Translations under genes and position numbers: made by a program
Notes under the pieces: model-generated
The model's input: the letters and a program-made list of their open reading frames with translations, nothing else
Told to the model about the DNA's origin: nothing
Database searches by the model: none
From: Octopus sinensis
Lineage: Eukaryota
NCBI RefSeq assembly: GCF_006345805.1
Contig: NC_042997.1
Coordinates: 119,660,001 to 119,724,000, forward strand
Reading direction: 5' to 3'
DNA length: 64,000 bases
In this document: positions 14,833-28,064 of the stretch, one piece after another
How positions within the stretch are numbered: the first letter of the stretch is position 1
How the letters are laid out: every line of letters starts with the position of its first letter

Positions 14833-15394
14833 TTGGGTTGTCCGAAAAGTTCGTTCCGATTTTTAAAGGAAAGTGAAAGATCACTAAATATTTGCCATAA
14901 CTTTTTTAATCAACCAAATCTGAACCATTTCGTTGCACAATACGTCTCCATCTTTACCTTGAAAATACCCTCTTCCCAGAATTAGGGTGGTTTCAAGGCA
15001 AAGAATTCGTCAATGGATCTTTTTACGTCATCTAAGGAATTGAACTTTTTACCATTAAGACTATTCTGCAGAGACCTAAATAAGTGGAAATCCGAATGAG
15101 CAATATCTGGGAAATAGGGAGGGTGGGCGTAACACATCCCAGCCGAGCTGCAGCAATTTTTATCTGGTTTCCAAAGCATCAAGTGCCGGAAATGAACTTT
15201 TTCATCTTTTATTTTAAAGGGTTACAGAATGAACACTGGTTATAGGAACATAAACCTTCTTCCACGAAAAGATAACTTAAACTGTGCTCTAAATTGAGGT
15301 GTAGTCAAATCCTATTTTATGGACTCAAACATGTTCTAAAATAATTCGAAAAATAAGCTACTATAAATCGGCACGAACTTTCCGGGCAACCCAA
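14833..15394 (-). mobile_element. Internally deleted mariner element (562 bp) with TIRs and TA TSD
   Basis: TIRs TTGGGTTGTCCGAAAAGTTCGTTCCGATTT / AAATCGGCACGAACTTTCCGGGCAACCCAA, TA on both sides; transposase C-terminus HPPYFPDIAHSDFHLFRSLQNSLNGKKF. Confidence 0.9.
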
Positions 15395-15896
15395 TATTTC
15401 AATATTTTTATCATGAAAATCTTAATATAAATATGTGGATATTCGTATGGAATAATACCTTATGTGCTACATCTGTATTTTCTTGTCTGTATGTTTTAAG
15501 AAATTTGTTTGCTGTAATATACGATTTTTGCACTCGTGACTGGACTAAGGCTACGTTGTTTTCCCATTATTAATAAATTGTATAATAACATTAAATTATA
15601 ACTTTATTTGGTGCATTTAGACTCGTTGTGTGTCCACCCATTTTGGCCAAAAAATTGCATACATATTACATGGTCTTAAACTAATTTTGCCGTTAAATTT
15701 GAAACGTTTATATTTATCATTAGAATTCTTCAAGTTGTATAAAAATAGTTATTGTCTGCATCATTCGAAAGAGAAATAAATTTTGCATAAGGTGTAAAAG
15801 CTAAAAATAATTTGTGTGGTGTTAGTAACAAAATATTTTGTAAGAAATAGAACTTTTATCGTCGGTCTTAAATATATTTTCGCCAGTGTATATATC

Positions 15897-18384
15897 TCAG
15901 GTTATCCCATAAGTTCTGTCCGAATTTTGGATAAAGAATACAAGTGATCAAATGTTATATTTAATTGTAAGTTAATCATCGATGTACTTTCCCAGATTAT
16001 CTATGACTTACTTCCATCTATTTACAAGCTTTTTAATCCCATCAATGTAAAACTTTTTTGGTTTGAAAGCGAGGAACTCTGAAATGTCAGGTTCGACCTC
16101 CTACTGGCTTGCGAAAGTTGTGCCCCCCTAATAATTCTGTAAACTATGAAACAAATGGTATCCTGAATGAGTAAGGTCGGGAGAATAAGTTGGATGAATT
16201 TTTTTCCAAACCGACCTCTTCGATATTCTGTGATGAGATCGTTGCAGTGTGGGGTTGCGCATTATCCTGATGAAACATCACTCGTTTTCGACTCGCTAAA
16301 GCGGCTCTTTTTTACTTCAAAGCTAGTTCAAACGCTCTAAGTGCTGACAATAGACTTGAGCTTGATTGTTGCATTAGGTGGCAATAATATAAAGTGAATT
16401 GCGCCTTTGTAATCGCACCAGACAGAGAGAAGAACCTTTTTTCCCATGAAGTTCCTTTCTCGGTTGTAGTTGAGCATTTCTCTTTTACCAAGCCACGTTT
16501 AACATTTCGATAGAAAATCCATTTTTCGTCAAAAGTCTATCGAAAAAGGGTGAAATGAGTTTGCGAGAATGGAGAGAAGAGCAGATGTCAACTCGGGATT
16601 TGCGGTTGTTTTCGGACACTATATGAGGCACCTATTTTCCAAGTTTAGGAATATTTCCACGTTGTTGAAGATGACGACGAACTGTTGTATGGTTTGAAGT
16701 AAGCTTTCTTGCCAATTCTTCACGTAATGCCTCAAGGAGCTTATCAACAAACTCAACTGGACGTCCTGTTCGATATTCATCTTCAATTTTGCAAAAGATC
16801 TCCTGCAAGTTCCTTCATTCAAGCATTTTCCCATAAACTGAGTGTATGTTTCGAGTCACTACGGCTGCAGAGTTACCTTTATTGTACTCATAAATAATTA
16901 TATGTGCCTTAACTGCTCCTTGGATACTTCCATGTTGAAAAGGTTTTAATCAAAGCAATTTTAGGGTATCCACGAAATCTGGGTACATGGAATAAAATCA
17001 TAACATAAAAAAATAAATATAAGAAATAATAATTTTTCTTTTTTACTTTTGTTTAAATTAAATTAAAACATACTTTACTTTTCTAAATTTATGTGTTAAT
17101 TTTTCTACAGATGATCGAATGATGGATCTGTCTAAAGAAGAAAGAATCGAGTTAGTATTATTAAGTGGATGAAAGAGACGGTCTTATCGCAAAATTGTGG
17201 AATAATTTAATCTTCGACACCCTTATAGGCAACCTGCCGTCGGGAAATTGATCAAGAAATTTAAAGAAACAGGCAGTGTTTTAACTAAACCTCGTTCCGG
17301 GCGACCAAAGCCTTTAGATAAAACGAAAGAGGCTGTCACGGCTAAAGTGTCTGCTAGCCCAAAGAAATCACTTCGTCGGACATCCACAGTGTTAGGTGTT
17401 ACAAAACCAACCATCCATAAAATACTGGTTGAGGAAAAAGTTTCATCGATACAACCTACAGATATTGCATCACTTAAATGAAGACGACCCTAATAGCCGA
17501 ATGTAGACGTGCGAATGGTTTTCAAATAAATTGGATGAAAATATCAATTTTACGAAAAGCTTTGTGTTGTTAAGTGACAATACTACGTTTTATGTAAATG
17601 GTGAGGTCAACAGACAGAATCTTCTATACTGGTCTCGAGGTAATCCACATTGGATGGATCTATACAAACAGCAAGGCAGCAAAAATGTGATGGTGTGGTT
17701 TGGTTTGTGTAAAGCTCATGCTCTAGGACCCTCCTTCATTGAACATGTAACGGATGAGACTTATGTAAATATATTGAGAGACAAATTAATATCTCACATT
17801 GAGGGCCTTCCGAATTGGATTCAGCAGGATGGGGCCCCTGCCCATTTTGCCACAACTGTTAGAGATTGCCTTAATGGCACTTTTCCTCACTGGATTGTAA
17901 GAAGGGGTCATATGGAATGGTCCCCTCGTTCACCAGACCTTTCTCCCCTTGATTTCTTTTTCTGGGGTATGTTGAAAGAGAAAGTTTACTCAATAAAGAT
18001 TACAGATTTAAAACACATGAGAGAACGCATTACCAGTCAGTGTGCTGAAATTGATGGCAATGTAGACTTATTTAATCACGTTCAACTGAATTCTGCCAGG
18101 CGCGTCAGGTTATGCATTGAAAATGATGGAAATCCCTTTGAAAATATTTTTTATTAACATTATAATTAAATAAAATTGTTTTGTTTTAAAAGTATGTGTT
18201 AATCCCCATGTACGCAGACTTTGTGGGTACCCTTTATTATTTTGTAAAACAATATTGAATTAGTTTAAACGTACACAAAGGCATAAAATTAATTTTTAAT
18301 TAAATTAGACATTTGAAAATACTATTAAATTTCATACAAATCTAAAAAGAGGGAAAATTGAACAGAACTGATTGGATGACATGA
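15897..18384 (-). mobile_element. Degenerate mariner transposon interrupted by a nested DD41D element
   Basis: TIR TCAGGTTATCCCATAAGTTCTGTCCGAATTTT (15897) vs AAAATTGAACAGAACTGATTGGATGACATGA (18354-18384); start MEVSKEQLRHI at ~16933; DEKWIF at ~16515-16533; FHQDNAQPH at ~16249-16275; C-terminus ~15985-16030. Confidence 0.8.
16963..18233 (+). mobile_element. DD41D (rosa/Visitor)-type Tc1/mariner transposon, inactive
   Basis: 28-bp TIRs AGGGTATCCACGAAATCTGGGTACATGG / CCATGTACGCAGACTTTGTGGGTACCCT (24/28 match); MDLSKEERIELV start at ~17122; KFKETGSVLTKPRSGRP; LSD..QQDGAPAH..WSPRSPDLSPLDFFFWG with 40 residues between the last two D; stops and frameshifts in the N-terminal half. Confidence 0.9.
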
Positions 18385-19221
18385 TATATATAATCTATGA
18401 TATTCTAGTAGGTTTCAAGTTTATAACACCTTGATATCTCGTGTTATCTCATTTTATATGCCTAAGACGTTTGTTTTCTATTCTGGTTTTTATATATTTC
18501 TGTACATTATACTTGTATCTATAGTTAATTTTAAGCCGAAGCATAATACGATCCTTGTACGAATGAAAGAACAAGAATGTCCTCGGGAAATTTTATCTTC
18601 CACCGGTGTTTGTAATCGATGGTGACATGTGCGATGATTTTGCGATTATCTTCTATTTTACGGAGAAATTGGAAGCCCCGAATGTAAGCCACCACTTTAT
18701 GCATAATTCAATATTTATAGTTCTCTATTTCTAACTAAAATTCTGTCCTCAATAATTATAGATCTCTATATCTAAATGTAATTCATTTTCTTCCCGTTCA
18801 ACTTATAACTATAAGACGCATTCTTGCCTGTCTCTTGACGAAGCTTTTTTTCTCCAGCGTTCACCACTTCACCTCGTTGGGGTCAAACAGCCTTTACCGA
18901 ATGTTTTCACTGTCCTGTTTTTGTTAGCAGCTTTGACGATCCACGTATCTCAAATGTAATTTAATTTGCTTTGGGGGAGCAATTGCTTTGACGAAGACGT
19001 ATCTAGGTAAAACTGCCAACAACTGAGGAAGGGTTGTTTTTTATGCTGCCTTCGCGCTATAGTTCTCTATATATAATTGAAATTCTTTCTTACTTTTTTG
19101 CCGAGTCAAGCCAAGCCAAGCCGAGCCGAGCCGAGCCATTTGTAATAGTGACACCAATGCCATAACGCTCACTGTGGTGTCGTAGGCCCGGACAGTGAGC
19201 GCAATGGCGCCCAGAGCAAGC

Positions 19222-20605
19222 TCTGATGATCCTCAGCAGCTTTGGTGGACATCCGATTTTTTGGAGTAGGATGAAGAGGCCTTTTCTACTTAAGAAGTCA
19301 AAGGCCTTTGTCCGATCAACGAAGGCCATATATAACGGCATTTTCTGCTCTCTGGACTTCTCCTGAAGTTTGCGTATGGGGAATATTATGTCAATAGTTG
19401 ATCTGCTTCTTCTAAAGCAACACTGCGATTCTGGATAAATTCGGGAAGCAAGCAGTTGTAGCCTGGACAGGATAATGTGAGCAAATGGCTTTCCAAAAGT
19501 GCTTAGAAGAGATATTCCACGGTAATTGTTAAAATCACCAGGGTCACCTTTGTTTTTGTAAAGCGTGATGATGTTAGCATCCCGCATATCATGAGGGACT
19601 GTATCCTCTTCCCAGCACTAACACAGAAGCTCATGAAGGTGCCGAAGCAGGATGGTGTTTTTGCGGTTTTGATGATCTCTAAGGGGATGCCGTCTTTTCC
19701 GGAGCGTTGTTACTTGCTAGAGATTCAATAGCCTTGGTGAGCTCTGCTATAGATGGCAGCTACTGTGGACCCCGTGAGTACAGATTCTGGTAGTACTCCA
19801 CCCATGTATCCATTTGCTTTCTTTGGTCATTGATGAGATCTCCAGTAGTTAAATTCAGAGAGGCTGACTTGGTTGCGGATGGTCCGAGGGCCTTCTTCAA
19901 ACCGGCATACATCCAACGGGTGTCACCACTGTCAGCATCTGACTTGATACTCTGACAGATTTCCTGCCAATACCTATTTGCACAGCGTCTGGCAGTCAGT
20001 TTGATTTTATTTCTTGCCTTTCTGCGTTCTTCGAGTAACTTTGTAGAAGAATCACTCTTATATTGCACCAGAGCTTTGCTTCGATAACTGTTTCTAGCAC
20101 TGAGAGCCCAACACTGAACAAAATCTGGGTATATAGAGAACTATGACGCGAAGGCAGCATAAAAAACAACCCTTCTTCAGAAAGTATCTATTGATGTAGT
20201 ATACAAAGCTTCCCTGATATAATTCCACCTACTTTCAGCAGAAGAAGTTGGGTAGCTATTAAGGGCGACCTTGATAGAAACAGCAAAACATTGTCGCAGT
20301 GTAGGGTCTGAGGTTCTGCCAGTGTTAATGCGTGGTCGGCCCATTTTCTTGGAGTGATGGACTTTTTTTAGGCAGAATCCTCACCCTGCTTCTTATTGGT
20401 GAATAAACTGTCACAATCCACGCTGTAGTAACTACGGGTCAGTTGAGCAGAATTCAGAAAGGATTTTCGTGTAATGATGAGATCCAGCTAATGCCAGTGG
20501 TGAGATCTTGGATGTCTCCAAGATGCCTTGTGGGATGTCTTGTTGGAAAAGAATGTGTTGGTGATGCACAGGTATGTGCAAATTTCAAGTAGTCTCTGAC
20601 CATTG
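19222..20605 (-). mobile_element. RTE-clade LINE fragment (end of APE endonuclease to RT domain 3)
   Basis: NGQRLLEIC..CITNTFF..SWRHPRSHHWH.LDLIITR; TARRCANRYW; MRDANIITLYKNKGD..NNYRGISLLS..PESQCCFR..STIDIIF..LQEKSREQ..AFVDRTKAFD. Confidence 0.9.
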
Positions 20606-20711
20606 TCATTCATGTTGCTAATACCAAAACACATACACTTACATATATACATACATATTTCTACGATTGATTCTTTTCAGTTCCTGTCCACGAAATCCAC
20701 ACACACACACA

Positions 20712-20748
<37 letters not shown>

Positions 20749-20754
20749 GCACAC

Positions 20755-20814
<60 letters not shown>

Positions 20815-20821
20815 GTATACA

Positions 20822-21460
20822 CACAAAGATAAATTGATGGATACAACTGCGTGGGAAAACAAAAATATGAGACACTGCATAGTGCTTTTTTTATATTTTG
20901 ATAAGCCTGGTACTTATTCTGTCAGTTTCTTCTTGTGAAACCAGTAAGTTATGGGGATGTAAATAAACGAACACCAGTTGTGAAGCAGTGATGAGGGAGA
21001 AACACAAAGACACACACATAGACTTACGTATATTCATACATATATATGCAATTGATTTCTTTCAGTTTCTGTCTACAAAATCCACTGACAAGGCTTTGGT
21101 TGGTCTGAGGCTATAGCAGAAGACACATGCCAAGTTACCACACAGTGGGACTGAATTGAGGACCATGTGTTTTGGAACCAAGTTTGTTACCACACAGCCA
21201 CACCTGCACTTATGTATATGTATGCGGGGTGGTGGTGGATCGGTGTGTGTGTGTGTATGGGTGTATATATGTATGCGTGTATATATATGTATATATATAT
21301 ATATGTGTGTACATATTACATGTACATCTATATATACATCTAGACATCTATAGAAATACATCTATACATATACATGTATACATATAGATCTATATATATG
21401 TATATATATATATATACATACAATAGAGAGATGCTTTTGTTTCACTTTTAACACGTAATA
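20822..21460 (-). mobile_element. tRNA-headed SINE (family A) plus flanks; paralogous to 11259-11920
   Basis: Shared SINE and shared non-SINE flanks with the 11.3-11.9 kb block. Confidence 0.75.
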
Positions 21461-21805
21461 CTGAAATAGTGGAGAAGATGTGATATTGCTGTGGGCTCGC
21501 CCTAGGCAAGAAGTTACACAGTTTTTTTGCCCATGACACTACATGGAGCCTATGTAAAGCATGTGTAAAATTTGAATGAAATTGGTTGTGTAGTTCTCAG
21601 GTTTTAGGGATTCAGAGTGGAGAAGATATGATATTGCTATGGGCTTGCCCTAGGCAAGAAGTTAAAAAAAGTTTTTGCCCGTGACACTCCTTGGACCCTA
21701 AGTAAGATATGTGTAAAATTTGAATGAAATTGGGTGTGTGGTTCTCAGGGTTTAGGGATTCACACAGACAGGCACACACACATTCTCAGTTTTATATATA
21801 GAGAT
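21440..21805 (+). mobile_element. Helentron/DINE-1-like element 3' part with two ~150-bp tandem units
   Basis: Units AGTGGAGAAGAT..TAGGGATTCA at ~21467-21613 and ~21616-21760; ends CACACAGACAGGCACACACACATTCTCAGTTTTATATATAGAGAT. Confidence 0.65.
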
Positions 21806-23398
21806 AGATGAACGATATTTAGAACTACAAACATGAAGAAGTGAAACAAACACTGAAGGGCCATTTATCAGTCATTGTAATATTCTAATAACCCACCTTT
21901 CTCAAGAGACACAATTATGTAGATCCCAAGGTTTTCTGTTGTTTGGTAACCGAATTTCAATTACGAAAATAACAAATGTAAGCTGTAACTTTTACCTTGA
22001 GCTGTTTGTGCACCAATGAAATAAATGTAATAAATTCATTATTGATACTGTGATGAAAAGGCAATCAATGCAGGCCTAATTCAAATACGTAAATTGTATA
22101 CAAGCAAAGTAGTTGTATCGGTGAGAATCACTGATAGCGCGTAACCAAGTGAAGAAGGCAGCGATGAAATGATTAAGTTAATAATGTAAACTTAAAGAAA
22201 ATACAAAGAGGCTTATGTTTTATCTGTACATGAAAACAATTGTTTACAGGCTGGAAAATGGTTTCACTTCTTTAAGTTGTTAGAACAAAAGGAGAAAATA
22301 GTAGAGACCATTTTTATACAAGGTAACCAGTGACGACAAGGTGGATAACTAAAACTTCTAAATAAAAAAAAGTAAAATAGAAACATTTACATGATCAACA
22401 GTGTGCAAATGTGACAGAATGGATGTTAATCAATATGAATGCCAACATAAATACTCTGGATTAAACGTAGAAATGGGTCATCACATTTTAGTTACACAAG
22501 ATCAATGTCTAGACATACACACACTAAAATTTACACAGAAAAAAGAAATTACACAAGAACCTGATATAATCTGCAAACATTACAATCGACATTATAAAAC
22601 AATCAACGGCGACAGTATCAGATGTCCATTTTTAGCAAAGACAATAAATGCACAGACATGACCGTGGTGGTGAATATATCCATTATGCAAATATAAGCAC
22701 CTTCACAACACCATTTAGAACAATTGCTATAAGCACGCACAAGACATCGTGTATGTGTATGTGCGTGTGTACGCGTTTGTGAATGTCTTTGTATCGGTTC
22801 GTGTGTCTGTGTGTGTGTCGGGGTTTGCAGCTTCTTAATGACAAGAGGCTGTGAAATAGATCAAAGTACACTGTCCAGTTTTAATCAAAGTCAGAAACGA
22901 AAATATATTCAGTCATCTATGCTGAGATAAACTTATTCGCCAAAATATCGAGTGATGTGTTTATTTATGTCCGAGAAGCAATTACAATATACAAAACTCT
23001 AAATGGAAATAAGCATTCCACACTTGTGGAACGTTAAAGACAATACAGAAAACAGAGAGTAAAATATACAAAGAGATTTCAATGTTAAAAGTGATCAGAA
23101 ATAAATAGAAGGAGGAGAGAATAGCGGTAATATAAACAAAAACCATTCTATGCAATATATATTCAATTGAATAACTGAAATCTAACGAAACATATTTTAC
23201 ACAAACATTTCTCGAAACAATAACCATTCTAATAGTAAAGTTTTAAATCTAACATATTTATAAGTATTTCAATCACCAAAAGTGAAAACTAAATGTAGCA
23301 CACTAACTTGACAATGTTTCTAAATAAAATCTCATAGACATCTAAGTAATAAAGAGCTATTTCTAATGGTGTAGTGAAGATGTGTGATATTTATGAGA

Positions 23399-23525
<127 letters not shown>

Positions 23526-24741
23526 TACTAAACAACGGCAACAGATCAAAACCGAAAACAGTAATAATAGTATTGCTATAGAAACCAACAACAAAAATAT
23601 CTCATATATACCTTGTAAGTCTTTAAATACCGATAATAATTATCAAATTTGCGCAGAAAAAAAACAGAAGCAGAGGAAAGAAACGAAAAGAATTATCGAA
23701 AACTAGTTAGAACGAGCGGTGTGTCTCAAGGATCCGCTTCTTATAGGTTTTGGAGAGATTCGACGCTGACATAATATTCTGATTAATTATATTCCTAAAA
23801 CTATCTTCCAGTATAGTAGAAAATGAAAGTTTTCTATAAAATCCTTATAGGATAAATGATTAAATAGGAAAATGTGGATACCATAATAGACATAAATATG
23901 CAGTGTATGAAAAGTAAACAGGTTCCATAAACTGATGTCAAAATTTTAGGTTCATGTTTACAGACAATAACGAAAACATAGCCAATCCGTGTTAAATCAG
24001 TTAAATTCTACTGAAGAGTTGTGCAGAAATACAGCACAGCTATAATCATGTTTTAGAAATAATAACAAGTTCTTCATTCCTGTGCACCACAAGATTATGC
24101 AGAGATTACACCTTCAGTTGCAAAAATATTCTTATCGTTTTTAAATATATCAAACTTGAGATACGAACCACGGCGAATTGCAAGGTTTCAGAAATTGAAA
24201 AATATATGTCCAAACCTAATTTGTACGAAATAGTATAATACAAGGTAGATTAGCATTAAAATGAAGATATGAAGAGGGCCTGGAAATATTTAACTTTCCT
24301 TGTGTTCCAGTAACTTTGCGGAATTATTGCGGATCAAAAGTATTTGCGCTTAAATTATCAAAATTTAAAACTTTATTTGAAAAGATGGAGGAATATGTGT
24401 CATCGAAGAAAAATGATAGATTTCAATTGACAGAAATACTGCGAGAAATTCTACATTGACGAAGAAAAAGGATGTGCATCACCTCTTTTGAAGTGATTTA
24501 AGGATATTCAGAGTACGTTACGTTAAAAACGTTGAAACAATCGAGGTGTTTGGTGTAAACAATTCATTCGAACTGATATTCCTAAGAACTTTTTATAAAG
24601 TCTTCAACATGCCAATGTCTTAAATAAATATAGTAAGTATTAAATTATATATGTGTGTGTTATTTAGAGATAGTTGTCCCCATCATCACGCCATATAAAA
24701 GAATTTTAATTTAATACTTACTATTCATTTTTCTGCTACAC

Positions 24742-24744
<3 letters not shown>

Positions 24745-24837
<93 letters not shown>

Positions 24838-24955
24838 ATATATATATATCCATACATAACTATATAATACATATATACATACAAAGATATATATATATAT
24901 ATATTATATATATATATATATACATATATATACACATATATATATATATATGGAT
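24745..24955. repeat. (AT)n array
   Basis: Direct reading. Confidence 0.9.
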
Positions 24956-24959
24956 ATAT

Positions 24960-25560
24960 GTATGGATATATATATAAATGTATATATCATAATAAATTAA
25001 TAAATAAAACATATGCATATATACATACATATATGTACGTACCTACATCTATATGTATATATACATGCATATATGGTTACAGGACACCAAGAAAAAACGT
25101 CGAACACAGTGAGAAACGAAAACATAAACATAAAACCAAGTAACTGGACATTTTTCTTAAACAACGAAAAATAGAGTACAAGACATAGAACACAAAGAAA
25201 ATTCTCCTTCTTCAGCCGCTTCTGTTTCATCTACTCCGGTTTCGAAGGTAAAGGCGAGACACGACTTCATTGAAACAATCCTTCCCGTAAAAGCAGATTA
25301 AATAAAAATTGCGAATTTTTTGCGGAGGGGTAAAAATGGTAACAAAAACAGGACAGTAAAGACAGTACAAAATATATACAGTAAAAGACAGGACAAGGAG
25401 AATAACAGTAACACAAACATGTTAAGCCAGAACGAAAGAAAAATATTATGAACGCTTTTGAGGACGGCAAGAGAGAGACAGGAAGGTCATCCACACTTGA
25501 AGGAAGCCAGGTCAGAAAAACAGTAGCAGACCTCTATTCGCAGTCAACGACGGGAGGGAG
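24960..25560 (-). mobile_element. Probable Penelope-derived non-coding repeat abutting (AT)n
   Basis: Minus strand has AATGAAG..TTCGAAACCGGAGTAG and CTGAAGAAG motifs and a T-rich tail running into the AT array; no coding capacity. Confidence 0.35.
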
Positions 25561-25842
25561 GAGGAGGAGAAAGAGAAAGGGAGAAAAAAAATGAATGGTT
25601 GTAGATAAAACCAGAAAGAATGAAGAATGAGAGAAAGGGAGAGAGAGAGAGAGGGACAGCAAGGTAGAAGAAAAGGAAATCAGAAATAATGAAGGATGAG
25701 AGAGGGAGGGAGACAGAAAAGTTAAGAGTGCGTATTATTATTAATATTAAGATAAAACTTACTTAGAAATGGATGCGTGCGTTCCGTCATATAATAACAA
25801 ATTAATAAATAAAACATATGTATACATACATACATACATATG

Positions 25843-25908
<66 letters not shown>

Positions 25909-26029
25909 TGTGTGTGTGTGTATACTTCTAATAGAAGGATAACATTTCTCAAAAAATATTTTACCCGTGGCATTTTTCCACCTTTTTTATGGTGAAAATT
26001 ACAAACAATTATAAGTAAGGGCAACAGAA

Positions 26030-26870
26030 AAATTTTTTTCCTATGACAGTATGCTGAAAAATATACATTAAATCGTCTAACCACGTACAATATTTTTCAC
26101 TATAAATGCACAACGTGTCGAAACGTGGAAAGCAAGGAAACAGACAATTTTAAAATACGTTATTCCCGAATTTGACCGATTTCTAGATTAATCCAAAATA
26201 ATTCTTCCTTCAGCAACGTGAAATACGGTTAGAATAAAAGGGACACTTACATATACTCATCGAAATGCAGATGTAAAATCATGTGTACGTTTAAGTACCC
26301 CAAATGTATTTAAACAGAAATTCTGTAGATGGCCTCAGAACACTATAGACGGTTTGGAAAACGCACGTAAAGCGGTCACCAGTCAAGAAGTGAAAGCTAA
26401 TATATTTACTTCAAATGTAAGGATTAATTATTTCAGAAGAAATTCGATCAGTGGCCAGTATATTAAAATACATTTTAAGGAGAAAATTGCAAGCAATTAT
26501 AAATATGGTCAAAAGAAAAAGAAATCTATGCCAATATGCTGAAAAATAGAACTTAAATCCTTTAACCACATACAATATTTTTCACTCTAAATATACAGCA
26601 TGTTTAAATGAGTTTTCCAGACCGTCTACACATGTGCTGAGGCTTGCTACAGAATGTCTATTTCGATATATTTGGAGTACGTAAATATACATATGACTTA
26701 GCATCTGCTTTTTCCGATTCGGGAATAAGGTATTTAAAATTCTTTTCTTAACTCGCTCTCTTCGTTTCAACACGCTGTGTATTTATGGTCAGACGATTTA
26801 AGGTCAATTTTTCAGCATATTGGCATAGGATTTTTTTTTATTTTGCCTATATTTATAATTATCTATAAAT
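26030..26870. repeat. Old foldback element: long diverged inverted arms with an extra direct copy of the terminal motif
   Basis: ~26150-26370 matches the reverse complement of ~26600-26745; motif TATGCTGAAAAAT..TAAATC..ACCAC occurs at ~26050 (+), ~26536 (+) and ~26800-26820 (-). Confidence 0.65.
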
Positions 26871-26947
26871 GATCTAATATCTACACAGCCTTGTTTTTTT
26901 TTATCTCATTACGAAAATGTTTTTTATAATTATATATATATATTTAT

Positions 26948-27160
26948 ATATAGTTACTCCAAACATGAACAAAGAGAAAACAGACGTGGTACAAGTATAG
27001 TGTTATTGGACACTCAGGAAAGGAAAGAAAGAAGGAGGATTTAACGTTTCGAGCCGAGCTCTTCGTCAGAAACATAGAAACGGGAAAGGTACAAGGAAAG
27101 GAAGACGGAGAAAGAAAATCGCCAACGATACGCACGCGGTCACACACACACACATACATA
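26948..27160 (-). mobile_element. Short non-coding repeat (family H1) carrying a minimal hammerhead motif, abutting (AT)n
   Basis: Homologous to 47861-48060 (+). Confidence 0.7.
27039..27073 (-). ncRNA. Minimal type I hammerhead ribozyme motif
   Basis: GUUU-CUGACGA-A-GAGC(UCG)GCUC-GAAAC-GUU-AAAU; palindromic ACGU stem III. Confidence 0.6.
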
Positions 27161-27187
27161 CACACACACACAAACATATATATATAC

Positions 27188-27296
<109 letters not shown>

Positions 27297-27557
27297 TATG
27301 CAACAGGCTTCTTTCAACTTCCATCTACTAAATCCACTCACAAGACTTTGCTCAGCGTGAACCCGAAACTATGTGGTTGGGAAAGAAGGGCCTTACAACA
27401 CTGCCACGCCTGCGCCTGGTGGCATCGAACAATTATTGTAAAATAATAATGCAAATGTTTCATCTGCGGAAGAGTTCATCGTACGGAATCAAGGATTAGG
27501 GTTATTGTGTTTGTCAATAAAGAAAGAGATGAATGTCGAATAATATATTACGTTCAC

Positions 27558-27576
27558 CTGGACTGTATTAATCCAG
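27558..27576 (-). other. Candidate 19-nt microexon
   Basis: Acceptor CCTTTTCGCAAGACTTTCTTACAG|, donor CAG|GTGAAC; could be chance. Confidence 0.12.
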
Positions 27577-28064
27577 CTGTAAGAAAGTCTTGCGAAAAGG
27601 AAATTTCAAGCAAAATTAAGAAGCAGCGTATTGATTTTATGGGCGCTTAAATCTGACAATTATACTAATCGGTCTTCAGTGACAGTTATCTCAAAATATT
27701 TACTTTTGCCTACAGAGGCCCAGACACAAACATAACAATATGTCTATCTATATTATCGTTTTTTGTTTTCTTTTATTTGTTTCATTCATTAGAGTGCGGC
27801 CATGCTGGGGTTATTGCCTTGACATATGTTTCGTTGAATGAATTGACCACAATGCTTACTTTTTAAAAAAAACCTGATAGATATTTTTATAACCCTCTTT
27901 CAACGAACCGCTAAGTTACGTGAACGTAAGTCCAACTATAGAGGTTGACAACAAGCAGCGACATCCTGAGATACAAAGGCTAACACCACACACAAATAGT
28001 GATATATATATATAATCAATAATAAATCTGTGGGCAAAGTATAAACAGTAGCTGTACGACATCG

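Noticed and set aside
22231-22325. Plus-strand exon-like segment AGKWFHFFKLLEQKEKIVETIFIQ
   Set aside because: Weak donor (GTAACC), no convincing homology, AT-rich background.
23700-23760. SGVSQGS-like RT motif
   Set aside because: Too short and degenerate to delimit an element.
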